Source of the DNA: Octopus bimaculoides
Lineage: Eukaryota
Assembly (NCBI RefSeq): GCF_001194135.2
Contig: NC_068985.1
Coordinates: forward strand, 127,048,346 to 127,112,345
Direction: 5' to 3'
DNA length: 64,000 nucleotides
Position numbers and translations under genes: made by a program. Positions 26,410-40,039 of this stretch are shown piece after piece. The notes below the pieces were generated by a model. It was not told where the DNA came from. It did not search any database and was given only the letters and a program-made list of their open reading frames with translations. Numbering within the stretch: position 1 is the stretch's first letter; each line of letters opens with the position of its first letter.

Positions 26410-27378
26410 GTAGATTCTTTGTAGCAGTTGACTATGGTGCTGCTACACCAGTCATTGGGTATGACTCCTTCCTGTATCACCTGGTTGACTATATGGGTGA
26501 CTAGACTATAGCCAACACTCCCAGATATTTTAAGCATCTCTATGATGATTCCTAATGGGCTGGGGGCTTTCCCTATCTTCATACCCTTAATTGCTTTATC
26601 TAACAGGGTACTGTCAATTCGGATAGCTGATCCCTCTGTTGGGTCATTTGGCAGACTCTCTTTCTTTCATTCATTCTTTTTATTGAGCAACCTTTCATAG
26701 TGGCGTCTCCAAAGCTCTCTCTTTGCAGCCTCGTTTAGTGCAACTGAACCATCATCCATGCAGACACATTTCTTTCCTACGACATCATGATTCTCTCTCA
26801 CACATTGTCTTGCAACATGAAATACCTCAAGTCTTTGGTCCTCACGGTGCAGAACTTTGGCAAATTTTTTCTTATCTGCTTCCCCACTGGCTAAATAAAC
26901 CTGTCGCCTAGCTTCCCTTCTGGCAGATTGGTAAAATTCCCTGCTACCACCGTTCTTCCAAGCCTGTTTCTCTTCTCTAATAGCCTTGTCAACAACATTG
27001 ATCCACCACCATGTTACCTTGGGTCGAGAGGGGACTTTGCACCATCCACAGATCTGGTCAGTGGCACTCAGCAAGTTGTCCCATAGAAACCTCCAGTTGT
27101 CTTCCACATCATGTGATGTTATATCCCCTTCTATTTCGTCAAAAGCTTCGAGTAATACGTCTCTAAATCTCTGTCCATTTGCAGGATCCTTAAGTTTCCA
27201 GACCCTTCTCCTCCATGCTGGTCGTCTTCTGGGCATCCATTTAGCCCTGATCCTGAAGTTGCTAACTACTAGTCTATATTGTGGGGTACATTCTTTGCCT
27301 GGGAAGGTTTTGGCATTTATAAGCAGCCATCTTTCCCTTTTTCTGGCAAGGATGTAGTCAATTTGGCTAGTGTGTCTG
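26410..27378 (-). mobile_element. RTE-type LINE, endonuclease-to-RT linker region
   Basis: SQIDYILARKRE, ECTPQYRLVV, KVTWWW, WRRHYERLLN, KIGKAPSPLGIIIEMLK, IPNDWCSSTIVNCYK. Runs into an N gap on its 5' side. Confidence 0.85.
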
Positions 27379-30300
27379 NNNNNNNNNNNNNNNNNNNNNN
27401 NNNNNNNNNNNNNNNNNNNNNNNNNNNNNNNNNNNNNNNNNNNNNNNNNNNNNNNNNNNNNNNNNNNNNNNNNNNNNNNNNNNNNNNNNNNNNNNNNNNN
27501 NNNNNNNNNNNNNNNNNNNNNNNNNNNNNNNNNNNNNNNNNNNNNNNNNNNNNNNNNNNNNNNNNNNNNNNNNNNNNNNNNNNNNNNNNNNNNNNNNNNN
27601 NNNNNNNNNNNNNNNNNNNNNNNNNNNNNNNNNNNNNNNNNNNNNNNNNNNNNNNNNNNNNNNNNNNNNNNNNNNNNNNNNNNNNNNNNNNNNNNNNNNN
27701 NNNNNNNNNNNNNNNNNNNNNNNNNNNNNNNNNNNNNNNNNNNNNNNNNNNNNNNNNNNNNNNNNNNNNNNNNNNNNNNNNNNNNNNNNNNNNNNNNNNN
27801 NNNNNNNNNNNNNNNNNNNNNNNNNNNNNNNNNNNNNNNNNNNNNNNNNNNNNNNNNNNNNNNNNNNNNNNNNNNNNNNNNNNNNNNNNNNNNNNNNNNN
27901 NNNNNNNNNNNNNNNNNNNNNNNNNNNNNNNNNNNNNNNNNNNNNNNNNNNNNNNNNNNNNNNNNNNNNNNNNNNNNNNNNNNNNNNNNNNNNNNNNNNN
28001 NNNNNNNNNNNNNNNNNNNNNNNNNNNNNNNNNNNNNNNNNNNNNNNNNNNNNNNNNNNNNNNNNNNNNNNNNNNNNNNNNNNNNNNNNNNNNNNNNNNN
28101 NNNNNNNNNNNNNNNNNNNNNNNNNNNNNNNNNNNNNNNNNNNNNNNNNNNNNNNNNNNNNNNNNNNNNNNNNNNNNNNNNNNNNNNNNNNNNNNNNNNN
28201 NNNNNNNNNNNNNNNNNNNNNNNNNNNNNNNNNNNNNNNNNNNNNNNNNGTGTATATTTTTCCCATAACCTCACTCATAACCCTAACCCTAACTCTAAAA
28301 CCCGAACCCTAACCCTAAACTAGAATTTGATTTGAAGAAGATTTGGTTGCTATTTCTAGGAAATGAAGCACTTGGTGGAGGTGCATTAATAATTCTGGTA
28401 GCTCCAATAACAAGTGCAGGCAATATTCAAGTATTTTGATGGCTTTTCCCCCCTTTGTTTACGAACAGTCAAGTTAATCGGAAATGTCAGAACTAACGGG
28501 GATTAATACCATATACACCGTCACAGCACTTACTGTATTCAACTGAATAGACGTCAGTGATTAGTTGAAATTATCGAAATAAGACAATTTTTAACGTGAA
28601 ATAACTTCGAATACAAAATTTTTTATCTGTTCTATACCACAAAATATACAAGTATACGAAGTTTGAAAGTGTTTCGGTACCAAAAACACTACATTAAAAA
28701 ATGTTGCCCGTCAAATCATAAAGGTCCAAACATTCTAGCCATAGCAATCCCATCTTTTATTTTCAGACTTGCTTTGTACAAGACAACTTTATCCAATGTG
28801 TCTGTGCCCTTTTTTGAAATAGTAGTGTTATATGAGAGAGATTTAGCTGCTATTTCCAGTAGTCCAAACGACCACAAGCTATACTCCGTTGGCCCTCGTG
28901 TAATGCCATTGTTGTTGTGTAGTCCTATCCCAGCCTTGATACAGCCAAGTCCACGACAGGCAGGTAGTTGTAATTTAGCCCCAAGTTGATCGAACCGTCC
29001 CATGAGAGAGGTAGGCTGCCAAACGGTGAACCACGACTCAGCTCAATCTTTCTAGTTATACTATGTCTATCAAGCTGAAGACCATACTTACAAACTCCAA
29101 TAGACATAACTAAATGAAGTGCAGTATGAGAGCCTGAAAATATTGCACACCCTCCAGGTTTAGATGGTAGTCACAGCGGAGGCAGGTTAGGTGGACCAGA
29201 ATCGGTTGCTGTCCTGCACTTATTGTTTGTGGTGAGCTATAAATGCAGTATTTATGCTAATAAAGCGAGTAGACCCCACAAGCTGGCAGCTTAGCTTGGA
29301 GACTGCGGTCAGGAACAGTGGAAAACAAACGTCACGACACTGATATACATTTGCCATCCGATAAATATATTATGTTAAAATAACATCTAATGGAGCAGGT
29401 TTTCCGTAAATTGCAGCGTCTGTTGGAGCTGGTTCACAATCTACCAACTCTGGTGTACCTCAGCCTTCGACTTTGTCCTCTACACTTTGTGTCTTATACT
29501 TCAACGATCTATTTGCCGTCACCTTCAAACAACGCAGAAGACTCAAGTTTTCATTCTTCCTTAACCTTCTGTGCCCAAATAACATCTATATGCAATTTCA
29601 CATTGAATTTGCATTGGTTCCACGAATAGATATTTCAAAAGTATCTTCGAACGAAATCATACCATCTTAGTCTCATTCGTATCAAGAAAAAATAAAGCAC
29701 CCCTCCAAAATACCATTAACTTATAGTACAAGCTAATATACGATATGATAGCTGTCCAACTCGTTATCAAGGAAAACCATCACTGACCATTGCCCATGCG
29801 AAATGTCAGCAATGCTTGTGCATAAGGTTATTGCACCCGCGGTGCCTTCTTATTCGACAGGGCATCGGAAAGTTGCCTCGCTGACAATCGCAGAAGCCCA
29901 AAGTTTAGGTCCAATAAGGCTTGCACAACACCTCACTGACTCTTCACCCTATTGACATGATACAGAGACAAGACAGGGCAAGATATCCAGTACCAGCATG
30001 GGTCGCAGTCTCAGGGATATGGGAGAGCCATGATCTCAAACGCAAGCAAAAGATCTCCAAGATGTCCAATGCCATTCCCTGCATATTAGGTTAAATGTCA
30101 GTGTAACCTTCTTCCAGAGACATGCCTTAACGAAAGCTGAGGGGTGTCTCACACCCAGATGTCTTTCAGCACGCCAGGCACCAACCCAGAATTTCTGAAG
30201 GCCCGTGCTATATATTATAACATCTCAGCTAGTTAAGTCCGTTCCTAAATCTAGAAATGCTTAAAAAGTTAAGGACATTAGCGCAGACTGAACAATAAAA

Positions 30301-31255
30301 ACGAGCTAACGTAAAAATATAAAAGAAAACGAGCCCGTAACTTCTAATTAAGTCAACACTGAAGACTACCTTGGCGAAGGGGTAAATACGCACACCTGGT
30401 GTTTAGGGTTAGGGTCAGGGTCACGCTGAAAACGAGTGGTGGGTGCATTTTTTTTTTAACTCCGCCGAATACCTTTATATTGTTTTGCACATACATCAAC
30501 TTTTTTCTTTAAAAAAAATAACAAAGTAAATTTCTGACAAGCTCATCTCTTTCTTATGTCTCATAAAAATACCTTAAACTCCCGCACTCTTCGTTCGATT
30601 GTAAGTAAACATGAGGTTATCTCGGCCGTCATCAGTCTAACAGACGTGACAAACTACATGACTGCAGTTTCGGTGAATGTTAAACTACTTATTCATATCT
30701 AACGGAAACAATTTGTAATATTTCAAGAGAAACACGCCTCCTTGGTGGCGAAGTGGGCGCCAATAGGGTTAAGGTTAGAGACAAATGCAAACTCAGAGAG
30801 AGTAAAAGGTATAAAAGAGGCGGCTAAGAGAAACAAAAGTAAAAAGTGGGAGTGTATTGCTAACATGCTGACGCACGTGGTTAACAAAACATCACATTTG
30901 TAGTGGGAATATTCAGCAATCACCCGATGTACTTAATCCATCTTACTAAAAAACTGAACTAAGTGCCGCTAATTCCATCACCAATACTTTAAGTTATACA
31001 CCAGGCACGGATATAAGTCAAAAACTCAGTGGCTGGTGTAGATAGCTACGTCATAACATCCTATTCCTCCATCCTCCTCTTTCTCTCTCTCTCTCTCTCG
31101 AAAAAAAGGGGTGGGGAGCAGCAAATCAAAAACGTATCTTAAAAAAAAAATAAAAAACTCGAGCGGTTGTTGATCTCTGTCAAACAGTCGTGCACAGCCA
31201 TCCGAATAACAGAATAGTTTCTGCTTTCGACCTCTCGCCAGAAGAAAGAAAAACT

Positions 31256-31331
31256 ATGGGTAACTTTATCGGTAAATGGGAACAATTTGATGAGGATCTT
31301 GAAAATGCTGACGCTTTCTTCAAAGCAGCAG
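31256..31331 (+). CDS. Fatty-acid-binding protein (FABP/iLBP family), exon 1
   Basis: ATG..MGNFIGKWEQFDEDLENADAFFKAA G|gtacgt. Carries the F-x-G-K-W N-terminal calycin motif; 76 nt, phase 1. Confidence 0.88.
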
Positions 31332-34300
31332 GTACGTGTTGCGTACTTTTTTTTAAAAAAAGCTAATGGACTCAATTCTTTCTTTTTAACAAATGTCGTA
31401 GCTAGTTGAGATGGTTTACCTTTTTAACGTGCTGATTTTTTAAAGTAACAACAGTGAAAATATAACAAAAAGTAACTCCATTTACAGTATAGGAGGTCTA
31501 AATATATGAGAGCTGGAGAGAAATTAACAGACAAGGAATATTACATAAATTGTATAAAATGCGTGCACTTTGTCAGCTCTATGAAACCACTTTCATTCTT
31601 GTCTGGGATGCAGTCTTTTTTGTCACATAATTGTGGTCTCAGGTCAGCTCTGGTCGGTCCAAAACACGCAGAGACTTGTTAATCCAGATACATCTTTACG
31701 TAGTTAAGAGCCGTGAAGCACGCCGACATGCAATGATGAATTGTAGGGTTGATAGTTCAAACAAGTTGCAATCTCTTCACTATCACAATACGTCATCGTA
31801 CGCTTGTTGTCGTAGTTTGCTCCTGCGCGTCAGCCCTGATTAAACTATCACCATTCTGTCTTTTCCAACGCGTCTTTTACTTATTTTAGTCAAATGATTA
31901 GATTTAAAGATTTGGCTGCTTTTTCTAGCAAGTAAGGCGACCACCTAGAGAATCACTCGTTTCTTGTTGCTGACTCTTAACGAGTCTTGAGATTCCATAG
32001 TAGTCGAAAATCAGTAATACTGTGTTTGATTAAGCGGACAACCCTTTTGCTACTAAAAGAGTGAAGAAAACGTGGTAGAGGGGGAACAGAGTCTTTTGGA
32101 AAGANNNNNNNNNNNNNNNNNNNNNNNNNNNNNNNNNNNNNNNNNNNNNNNNNNNNNNNNNNNNNTACGATTCAATTTTAAATTTTGCGCAAGTATAGTT
32201 CATATACTAATAAACCAACCCCAAATTAATCTTGATTCCAACCTTGATCATGTCCTTTTTCAGGTAAAATGTAAGCAAAATTCTGGTTTAAGCACCCAGT
32301 ATAATCCCTCCTAACTTTTCTTTCATTTTTAGGAACTTTCAGAAAATTTTGCGAATTTGTCTTTTACAAACGAGAATTCATACGATTATGGCAAAAAAAA
32401 AACAAAAAAAATCCGCCCCATACATCTTGAAATTTCTACTGTTTTCGATTTTTTAAAAAAAATCAGTTTCAAATACGGACCAAATTTTTTGCTTAAATCC
32501 TAGCAATGGACTACCTTTAGGTGCATCATAACTCCATTAAATGTGTTTATGGGGAGAAAAATATTAAAAAGCATCATACATGTCAGAGTGAGAGAAACGA
32601 GGAAGGCATCAGTTGGTCGTGGGATGTGCTAAAAACAAATCACACTTTTTTGTGTGTTTTTGGATAATCGTATGAATTCCTGTGTGTATCTTTTACTTGT
32701 TTGAGTCATTTGACTGCTACCATTCTGGGGCATCGCCTTGAAGGGTTTTAGTCGAACAAATTGACTCCAGGACTTTTTTAAGGCTTGTACTAATTCTAAC
32801 AGTCTCTTTTGCTGAACTACAAAAGTGTGTCTGTTTGACCCCCACCACCGCTGGTTTGATTATGTACCCATAACTTAGTAGTTCAGCAAAAAGGGACTGA
32901 TAGAATAAAATAAGTACCAGACTTTAAAAAAACAAGAGTATTGTGGTCGATTTGATGTTGCCCCAGCATGACTGTAGTCCAATGACAAACTAGTAAAAGA
33001 TAAATAATTAAATTCTTCTCTCGATTATCAAAAATCACATTACATTACGTTTGGTTCATATTGTTCACTGAATTGAAATTGAAGTTTATTATTTGCATAA
33101 CAAGTGAAAAGAGAATTGGACTGTCAAGTAATAATTTTGAAAAGATTTTGAGTTATGAAGTTAACTTATATTGTTTACCTGCTCCAGTCACTAGACTGCA
33201 GCCTTGGCTGGGGCACGGCTTTGAAGGGTTTAGTCAAACTCAACTCCAGTACTTATTTATAAGTCTAATACTTATGGTAAGTTGGGTTTATATCAAATTC
33301 TTTTGCTGAACCACTAAGTTACAAGGATGTAAACTAACCAACACTGATTGTCTAGTGCTCTGTGGTGACAGACGTGTAATGGAATGCAACATTGTGGTAT
33401 GACGACAGTTATATGATAAAACAAATCAGAAGTAAAAGTTATATTACAATTTATTTGAGTGTTGTAACATTTCTGGAGGTGTAATTACAAAAGCAAAACA
33501 AAAGGTTTCTTGTTTCAGGATTACAAGAGTTCATGGTAGCTGTGTCGTGTTTCCATGTGTGAAGATGGTGCATGTCGAAAAAGTTCAATGTGCAGGCATA
33601 GTTGTGTTGTCAGAAGTTTACTTCCCCCAACCACAGGTATCCAGGTTCAGTCCCACAGTGTGACACCTACTATAGCCCTGGACTGGCCAAAGCCTCATGA
33701 ATTTAATTGGTAGAATGGAAATATCTGTGTGTATGTGTTAGTCCTGCACCAGTTTGACAACTGGTGTTGTTTGTTTACCCCCGCCCCTATAACTTAGCAG
33801 TTGGGTAAAAGAGAACCAACAGAATGCCGGTCTTCAAAAAAAAAAAATATTAGGGGTTGATTTGTTCAACTAAACCATTCAGGGCAGTGCCCCAGCATGG
33901 CCACAGTTCAATGACTGAAACACGTAAAAGTTAAAAGATAACTGAAATTACCCAAGAAGATTGGTTGACAAAAAGCTCCCCCCCTTGGAGTGCAGTGGGC
34001 AAAGGAGATAAAAGCAGTTAGGGTTAGGGTTAGATATGATCTGATCTTTCAAGCCAACTGTTTAACCCTTTTGCGCTTCAGCCACTCATATCCAGCCAAA
34101 ATATTCTGTCCGTTTTATGTTCAAACTGGCCAGATCTGGCTTCTCACACCTACCTTGCAATGTCATTCGTAAAATAAACAATTACATCATCAATATCTCA
34201 AAGCTACAAGATAACCGTAAAAACCATGCCAAAATAGACACATAAGGCCAGCTCTTGTCAAACCGTCCAACCCATACTGGCATACGTATGTATCATCATC

Positions 34301-35482
34301 ATCATCATTTAATGTCTGTTGCCCATGCTGGTATGGGTTGGACAGTTTGATTGGGCTAGCACACTGGAAGGCTACACCAGTATATACAAACACATCTATA
34401 TATATAAAACTCAGATTGTGTGTGTGGTGTGTAAACCTGTATAACTTCTGAAGTTCACAACTTATTTTCTTCAAACTGGGAACATACATTACTTATGTTC
34501 CAGAGATGGTTTTGGACTCTTAATTCGCTTACATGTGGTACTTTGTAAAACTTATTTGGTTACTAGGTAATATTGATAAGTAATACTGATGTTTTTTATT
34601 GTCGTTTAATTATTAACGTAACAGTATCATCTCAGTTCATTGTATGTATTTCTTAAAATTTGCTAAGATATTGATATTATTTACCTTTTTTTACTGACAT
34701 TTCATTATTAATGTACAATTGTCAATAATTATTAATGTACAATTGTCAATAATGTCTCCAAAGAAGAGATCCTCCATTGACTAAAAAACAGTGGTAGCAG
34801 AGAAATTGAAAAGAAGGAGAGCAAATGAATCGTCACAGGAGACTTCAATTAGACAACCAAAAAATGCTGCATGTGCAGTTACTGCAAGAGCAATGGGAAG
34901 CTATGAGCAGCATAGTATTCGCCTGGCCAGGAATACTGCATGAACAGCTTCAGCCTATTCCATCCCCTTTACCATGTCATTTCTTTCATGTAGATTTCTC
35001 TCCTATGGTGTTGTTGAGCGCACCCACAACCTTAATTTATCACATAGATGTAGTTCCTATGTCTGCTGATTATTTAGTGTGGTAGTGGCAGCACCGACAG
35101 CTGCAAAGGAGAGTATATCCACAGAGCTTTTTGGTGCATTCAAAAATCACATACCCACCACCCACTTTTCCATGACAAGATTAGGACCTGGAATCTTCCA
35201 AACAGATGCCTGACATATCACCTAGTTGAACTAGTACTTCATTTACTCCACAAATGTTTTGTTGTCAATGCTGCACTTCCCTGTATTAAATATTTCAACT
35301 TAACTGTACCATATGACATTTAAATCCTGAGCAACACTGGATATGTCTGCTAGTGTATATATAGAGAGAGAGAGACACACACACAAATGTGTGTGTGTGT
35401 GTGTGAGGGGGCGGGGGGCATGTTGTGATGCTGATTATGAATAAAATACTTATAATTGATATATTTGTATCTTTTTCTTCAG

Positions 35483-35664
35483 GCCTCAATGACGAAAGCA
35501 AAATAGAAGAAATGAAGAAAACTCGTGCAATAATGGAATGTCAAAAAGACGGTGATGGTTACAAATCCATCTATACTGATATGAACAGTGGGATGTCAAA
35601 AGAGTATCACTTCAAAATAGGGGAACCATTTGAATCAGATGATCTCCATGGAAAGAAATTCAAG
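35483..35664 (+). CDS. FABP/iLBP, exon 2
   Basis: ctttttcttcag|GC CTC gives (G)LNDESKIEEMKK...KDGDGYKSIY...YHFKIGEPFESDDLHGKKFK|gtaata. FKIGEPF and DG-K-type FABP motifs; 182 nt, in phase with exon 1. Confidence 0.9.
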
Positions 35665-35704
35665 GTAATATATTTTTTATTTCCATTTGTTTTCTTTCCT
35701 ACCA

Positions 35705-38640
35705 TTGATGTGTTTTTTGATCCAATGTTGGATGCAGCATGACTGGATACTCAAGTATCAACAACTGATCTGAACTGTTCCCAATACAGAGCTGATAATA
35801 GAATAGTCTTGGAGAGATGCATGAAATGGATTACTCCGAGGAAGATGAACAAACATGACTTCTCACATGAACATTCAGAACAAATTTTATCACCCAATAG
35901 GCTCCATGTTTTAAGTGAAGATTTTGAACAAAGCCCATAAGGTAGTCAGGAATCTAAAATGAGAGTAAGACTCTGGAAACCACTTGCCCAAGAAAATCCA
36001 TCACACGAGAGAATAAGTCGGTCATAAAATTATCTTAACTAAAACTTTCACCCGACGATGTCTCTGACTTGGCGCTTGGACTGAGTTTCTGCCCAAGCGC
36101 TAAAAACATCGACAAGAATAAATGAGCTCGGCTATTTCAGTTTGTCCACCGTCACAAGCTGGAGGAATATTTTTCTGGAAAAACTGGTAATGAAAAGTCA
36201 GAAAACCCTATACTTACTGAAAATAAAAATGATGATCATCGAATCTGGCATAATTGGATTGAAAAGAATCCCAATTAGTATCCAGATAAAGTTCAGGATG
36301 GACGTTCACAAGCACTACTTGAATATCTTGGATCTTGTCAGACAGGAATTAGGGAAAGCCTTAGAACAAGTAGAAAGAAGTCCTGGAATAACCTCACAGA
36401 TTCCCAACGTTATGCTCTCCAATGTCTAACTAATGACAATTCTATTGTTATTAAAATGGTGGAAAAGAAAGACACTATGGTAATTATGGATAAAAGTGAG
36501 TATATTTTGGCTTGTGAAGAAGTTTTAAGTGACAAAACTTCATATAAAGAATTACCTGTCAATCCAAACCCCAATTACAGAGAGGAACTTGAGAAAATAA
36601 TTCTGGAAATGGAAGAAAACAATTTCATTATTAAGGCTGAATCGAGGATTTTACAGTCAGAAAAAAGTACACCAGTATTTTATGGTCTCTCTAAAATACA
36701 AAAGAAGTTTGAAAGATTTCCTACAATGCACCCAATTTACAGTAGATATGAATGCTGTACAACCAAGATTTTGGAATGGCTGGATGACTTTCTATTACCC
36801 GTCACAAAAAGATCAAGTTCCTATATTCAGGATACTTTTGATTTTGTGTCTAAAATCAACAACTTTTTTAAGCATTGAAGCCAAATCATAAACTGTGTTT
36901 TGGTAACCATGGATGTTTCTTCCTTATATCCCAATATCGACCATGATGAAGGGGTAGAAGCATGCATGAATGCCTTCGAAAAACAATCAAACAAAGATAT
37001 TCCATCAAATTTCCTCTGTAGGCTATTAAGGTTTGTGTTACAAAGTAACAATGAAGTTTGGATAAAAATTTTACCTCCAGACGAGAGGTTGCGCCATGGG
37101 TACCCCCATAGTAGTTAATTTTGCTAATGTCTTTATGACAAAATTCAAGACACAATTACTAAAGACATTTAAATTCCTACATGCTCATGAACCAATACTC
37201 TACTTACAGTCCATTGATGATGTCCTTTTTTGTCTGGGAAGGAACACAGGATAGTTTAATTAACTTCTTGCATTTCTGTGACTATTATGCAAAAAACTAT
37301 GGCTTTAAATGCAACATAAAACGTACATCTAATTTTTCAAAAACTAGCATTGAATTTTTGGGACACAAAAGTTAAGTTTTCTGGAGGCAAAATAGCGACA
37401 GAGTTATTTTGCAAGCCCACGTTATCCCACATTTACATCCACCATTGCTCTGGTCATCCACATCGTAGAATTTGGTCAAATCAGAAATCCCAATTTTTGA
37501 GTATAAAATGGATTTGTACTAATATAAGGGATTACTGGAAACATGCAAATGCTTTTGTACACCATTATGTCAAATGCAGTTACAGTGAATCGTGATTAAA
37601 GGAAATAGCAAATGAGAAAGCTAAGATTAGCAAAGAAAGTCAAACTGTCATGCATAATTTTAGCAAACAATACAATATGTGACAGAACTCATTTAGTGAT
37701 TAACTGGCACTGAAATGTTGCTGGTATTTCAAAAGTGTTGCATGAAAGTCACCAGCATGTTGCAGAAAAATATCCTCATTTTGAACAGATATTTCCTCAG
37801 CTGGCTATTGTAGCCTTTAGATTGAATAAAAATATAAGAGAACTATCAACCCCCCATTTCTGACTCCAAGAAAACTAACATTGGAATATCTGCATACTGT
37901 ACCTTGAAAAACAGTCGCAAGAGAGGTAAGCCTTGTTCATTGTGCAACAGCATGAGTCAAGTGAATTCAATTAGGAATCATAACAGAAATGTTATGATTT
38001 ATACAGAAGGTGGGACATGTAGAGATTCCCATTTGGTGTATGTGGCAGAATGCACGAAACACAACTTACATTGGTTGTACAAGAGAACAATTAAACAAAA
38101 GATTTAATGGGCACAGATATGACATTAGGCACAATAACAGTAATTCGACAGAGATTGTTGAACATTTTGCTTCAAACGGCTGCAATTTTGAAAAAGACTT
38201 TGAAGTGTATATTCTCAGAAAATATTTTGAATCTGCTACACTTTCAATACTCAAAAAGCATGAGGAGAAATATGTTTGCGGGTTATTAACATCACATCCT
38301 GGAAGAATGCATAAAATGATAGAATTTCATCAAATTGACACAAACCTGTTTGATTAAATATTCTTCTTCTTCCTCCTTTTCTCTTTTCTTTCCATTTTTT
38401 CTATCTTTTTCTTTTTGCCAGTTATAAAATTGAAACTTAGACTGGTGATGTCAGTCCATTAACATGTGGATGCTGGTTACTCTTGATATATTTTAGATTT
38501 GAATTTTTATCACTTTTTCTTTTGAACTCAACAAAGATGGGCTTGCTGTCGAAATATCGTTCAACCAATAAAATATCTATTGCAATCACATCGCGCTCTT
38601 CATCTTGTCTGTTTACCCTTGTGAAGAGTTACATCAATCC
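35705..38640 (+). mobile_element. Penelope-like element (Neptune-like), frameshifted RT plus GIY-YIG endonuclease
   Basis: LGLSFCP, VIMDKSEY, FYGLSKIQK, SYIQDTFDF, MDVSSLYPNI, AMGTP, IDDVLF, CKPT..HIYIH..SGHP, C..C..CNSM and VY...YIGCTREQLNKRFNGHRY. Confidence 0.88.
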
Positions 38641-39274
38641 TTTAAAAATATTATTGTTATTAATGTGAGCTGGCAGAATTGTTAGTATGCCAGGCAAAAT
38701 GCTTAGCAGTATCTTGCCCGTTGCTACGTTCTGAGTTCAAATTCCACCGAGATCAACTTTGCCTTTCATCCTTTTGGGGTCAATAAATCAAATACCAGTG
38801 AAATACTGGGGTTGATGTAATTGACTAGTTTCCTTTCCCAAAATTTCAAGCCTTGTGCCTATAGTAGAAAGGATTATTATTATTAATATTATTATTATTA
38901 CTGTGAACTGACAAAATCCTTAGCATAGTGGGTAAAATACTGCTGAAGTCAACTTTGTTTTAGGGTTGATAATATAAGTACCAGTGGCATACTGACTTAC
39001 CCCCACCCCTAAAACTGCTGGGCTTGTGCCAAAATTTGAAACCATTATTATTATTATTCATCCTTTAACATGTTTTCCATGGTGACATGGGTTGACCAGA
39101 GCTGGCAAGCCAGAGAGTTGCACCAGGATCCAGTCTGATTTCTACAACTGGATGCCCTTCCTAACACCAGCCACTTTATAATGTGGGCTGGGTGCTTTTA
39201 CCTTGGCACCAACACGAGCACCTTTACATGGTGCCAGCATAAATGCTTTTTATGTACCACGAGCATATGTAATT

Positions 39275-39313
<39 letters not shown>

Positions 39314-39621
39314 GGTGGAGGGGGGGGGAGCTGGCAGAATTGTTAGCATGCTGGGCGAAATGCTTAGCAGTATTTTGCCTGTCGTTACATTCTGAGATCA
39401 AATTCTGCCAAGGTCGACTGTCAACCTTTCAGGGTCGATGAATTAAGTACCAGGGAAACACTGGGGTTGATGTAATTGACTAGTCCCCTCCCCACAAACT
39501 TCAGGCCTTTAGTAGAAAGGATTATTATTATTATTAGTTCCAGTTGAGTACTGAATTTGACATAATTGACTTAACCCCCTCCCCAAAAATTGCTGGCATT
39601 GTGACAAACTCGAAACCATTA

Positions 39622-39652
<31 letters not shown>

Positions 39653-39654
39653 AG

Positions 39655-39872
39655 AGCCAGTGCTGCATTAAAAACCCACTTGTGCCAGTGGCATATAAAA
39701 ACACCCAGCATACTCTGTAAAGTGGTCGGTGTTAGGGTTAGGGTTAGGAAGGGCATCCGGCCATGGAAAAACCAGGCCACAGCAGATAGTTGGTGTCTGG
39801 ACAACTCCTGTCAAACTGTCCAACCCATGCCAGCATGGAAAATGGACATTAAACGATGATGATGATGATGAC
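39655..39872 (+). mobile_element. Retroposon family C ending ccaacccatgc(t/c)agcatggaaa...aaacgatgatgat
   Basis: Same tail at about 11620-11716, 18480-18675, 41700-41770, 43400-43447 (+) and 17525-17570, 19435-19575, 43996-44330 (-). Confidence 0.75.
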
Positions 39873-39931
39873 AGAGCAAGAATTTTGGAATAGTGAATGA
39901 TGTACTAACAATGTTTTGCTTCATTTCCCAG

Positions 39932-40039
39932 GGGGTCATTACAATAGAAAGCCCAACTAAAATTAAAGAATGCTACACTGAATGGTCACCAACTGAAATT
40001 ATAACTATCAGGGAGGTCGATGGGGACATCTTAACAGTG
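39932..40039 (+). CDS. FABP/iLBP, exon 3
   Basis: tttgcttcatttcccag|GVITIESPTKIKECYTEWSPTEIITIREVDGDILTV|gtaagt; 108 nt, phase 0/0; REVDGD motif. Confidence 0.88.

Noticed and set aside
28969-29339. Possible solo LTR (TGT...ACA with TATA and AATAAA)
   Set aside because: Only 3-bp terminal match and no target-site duplication.
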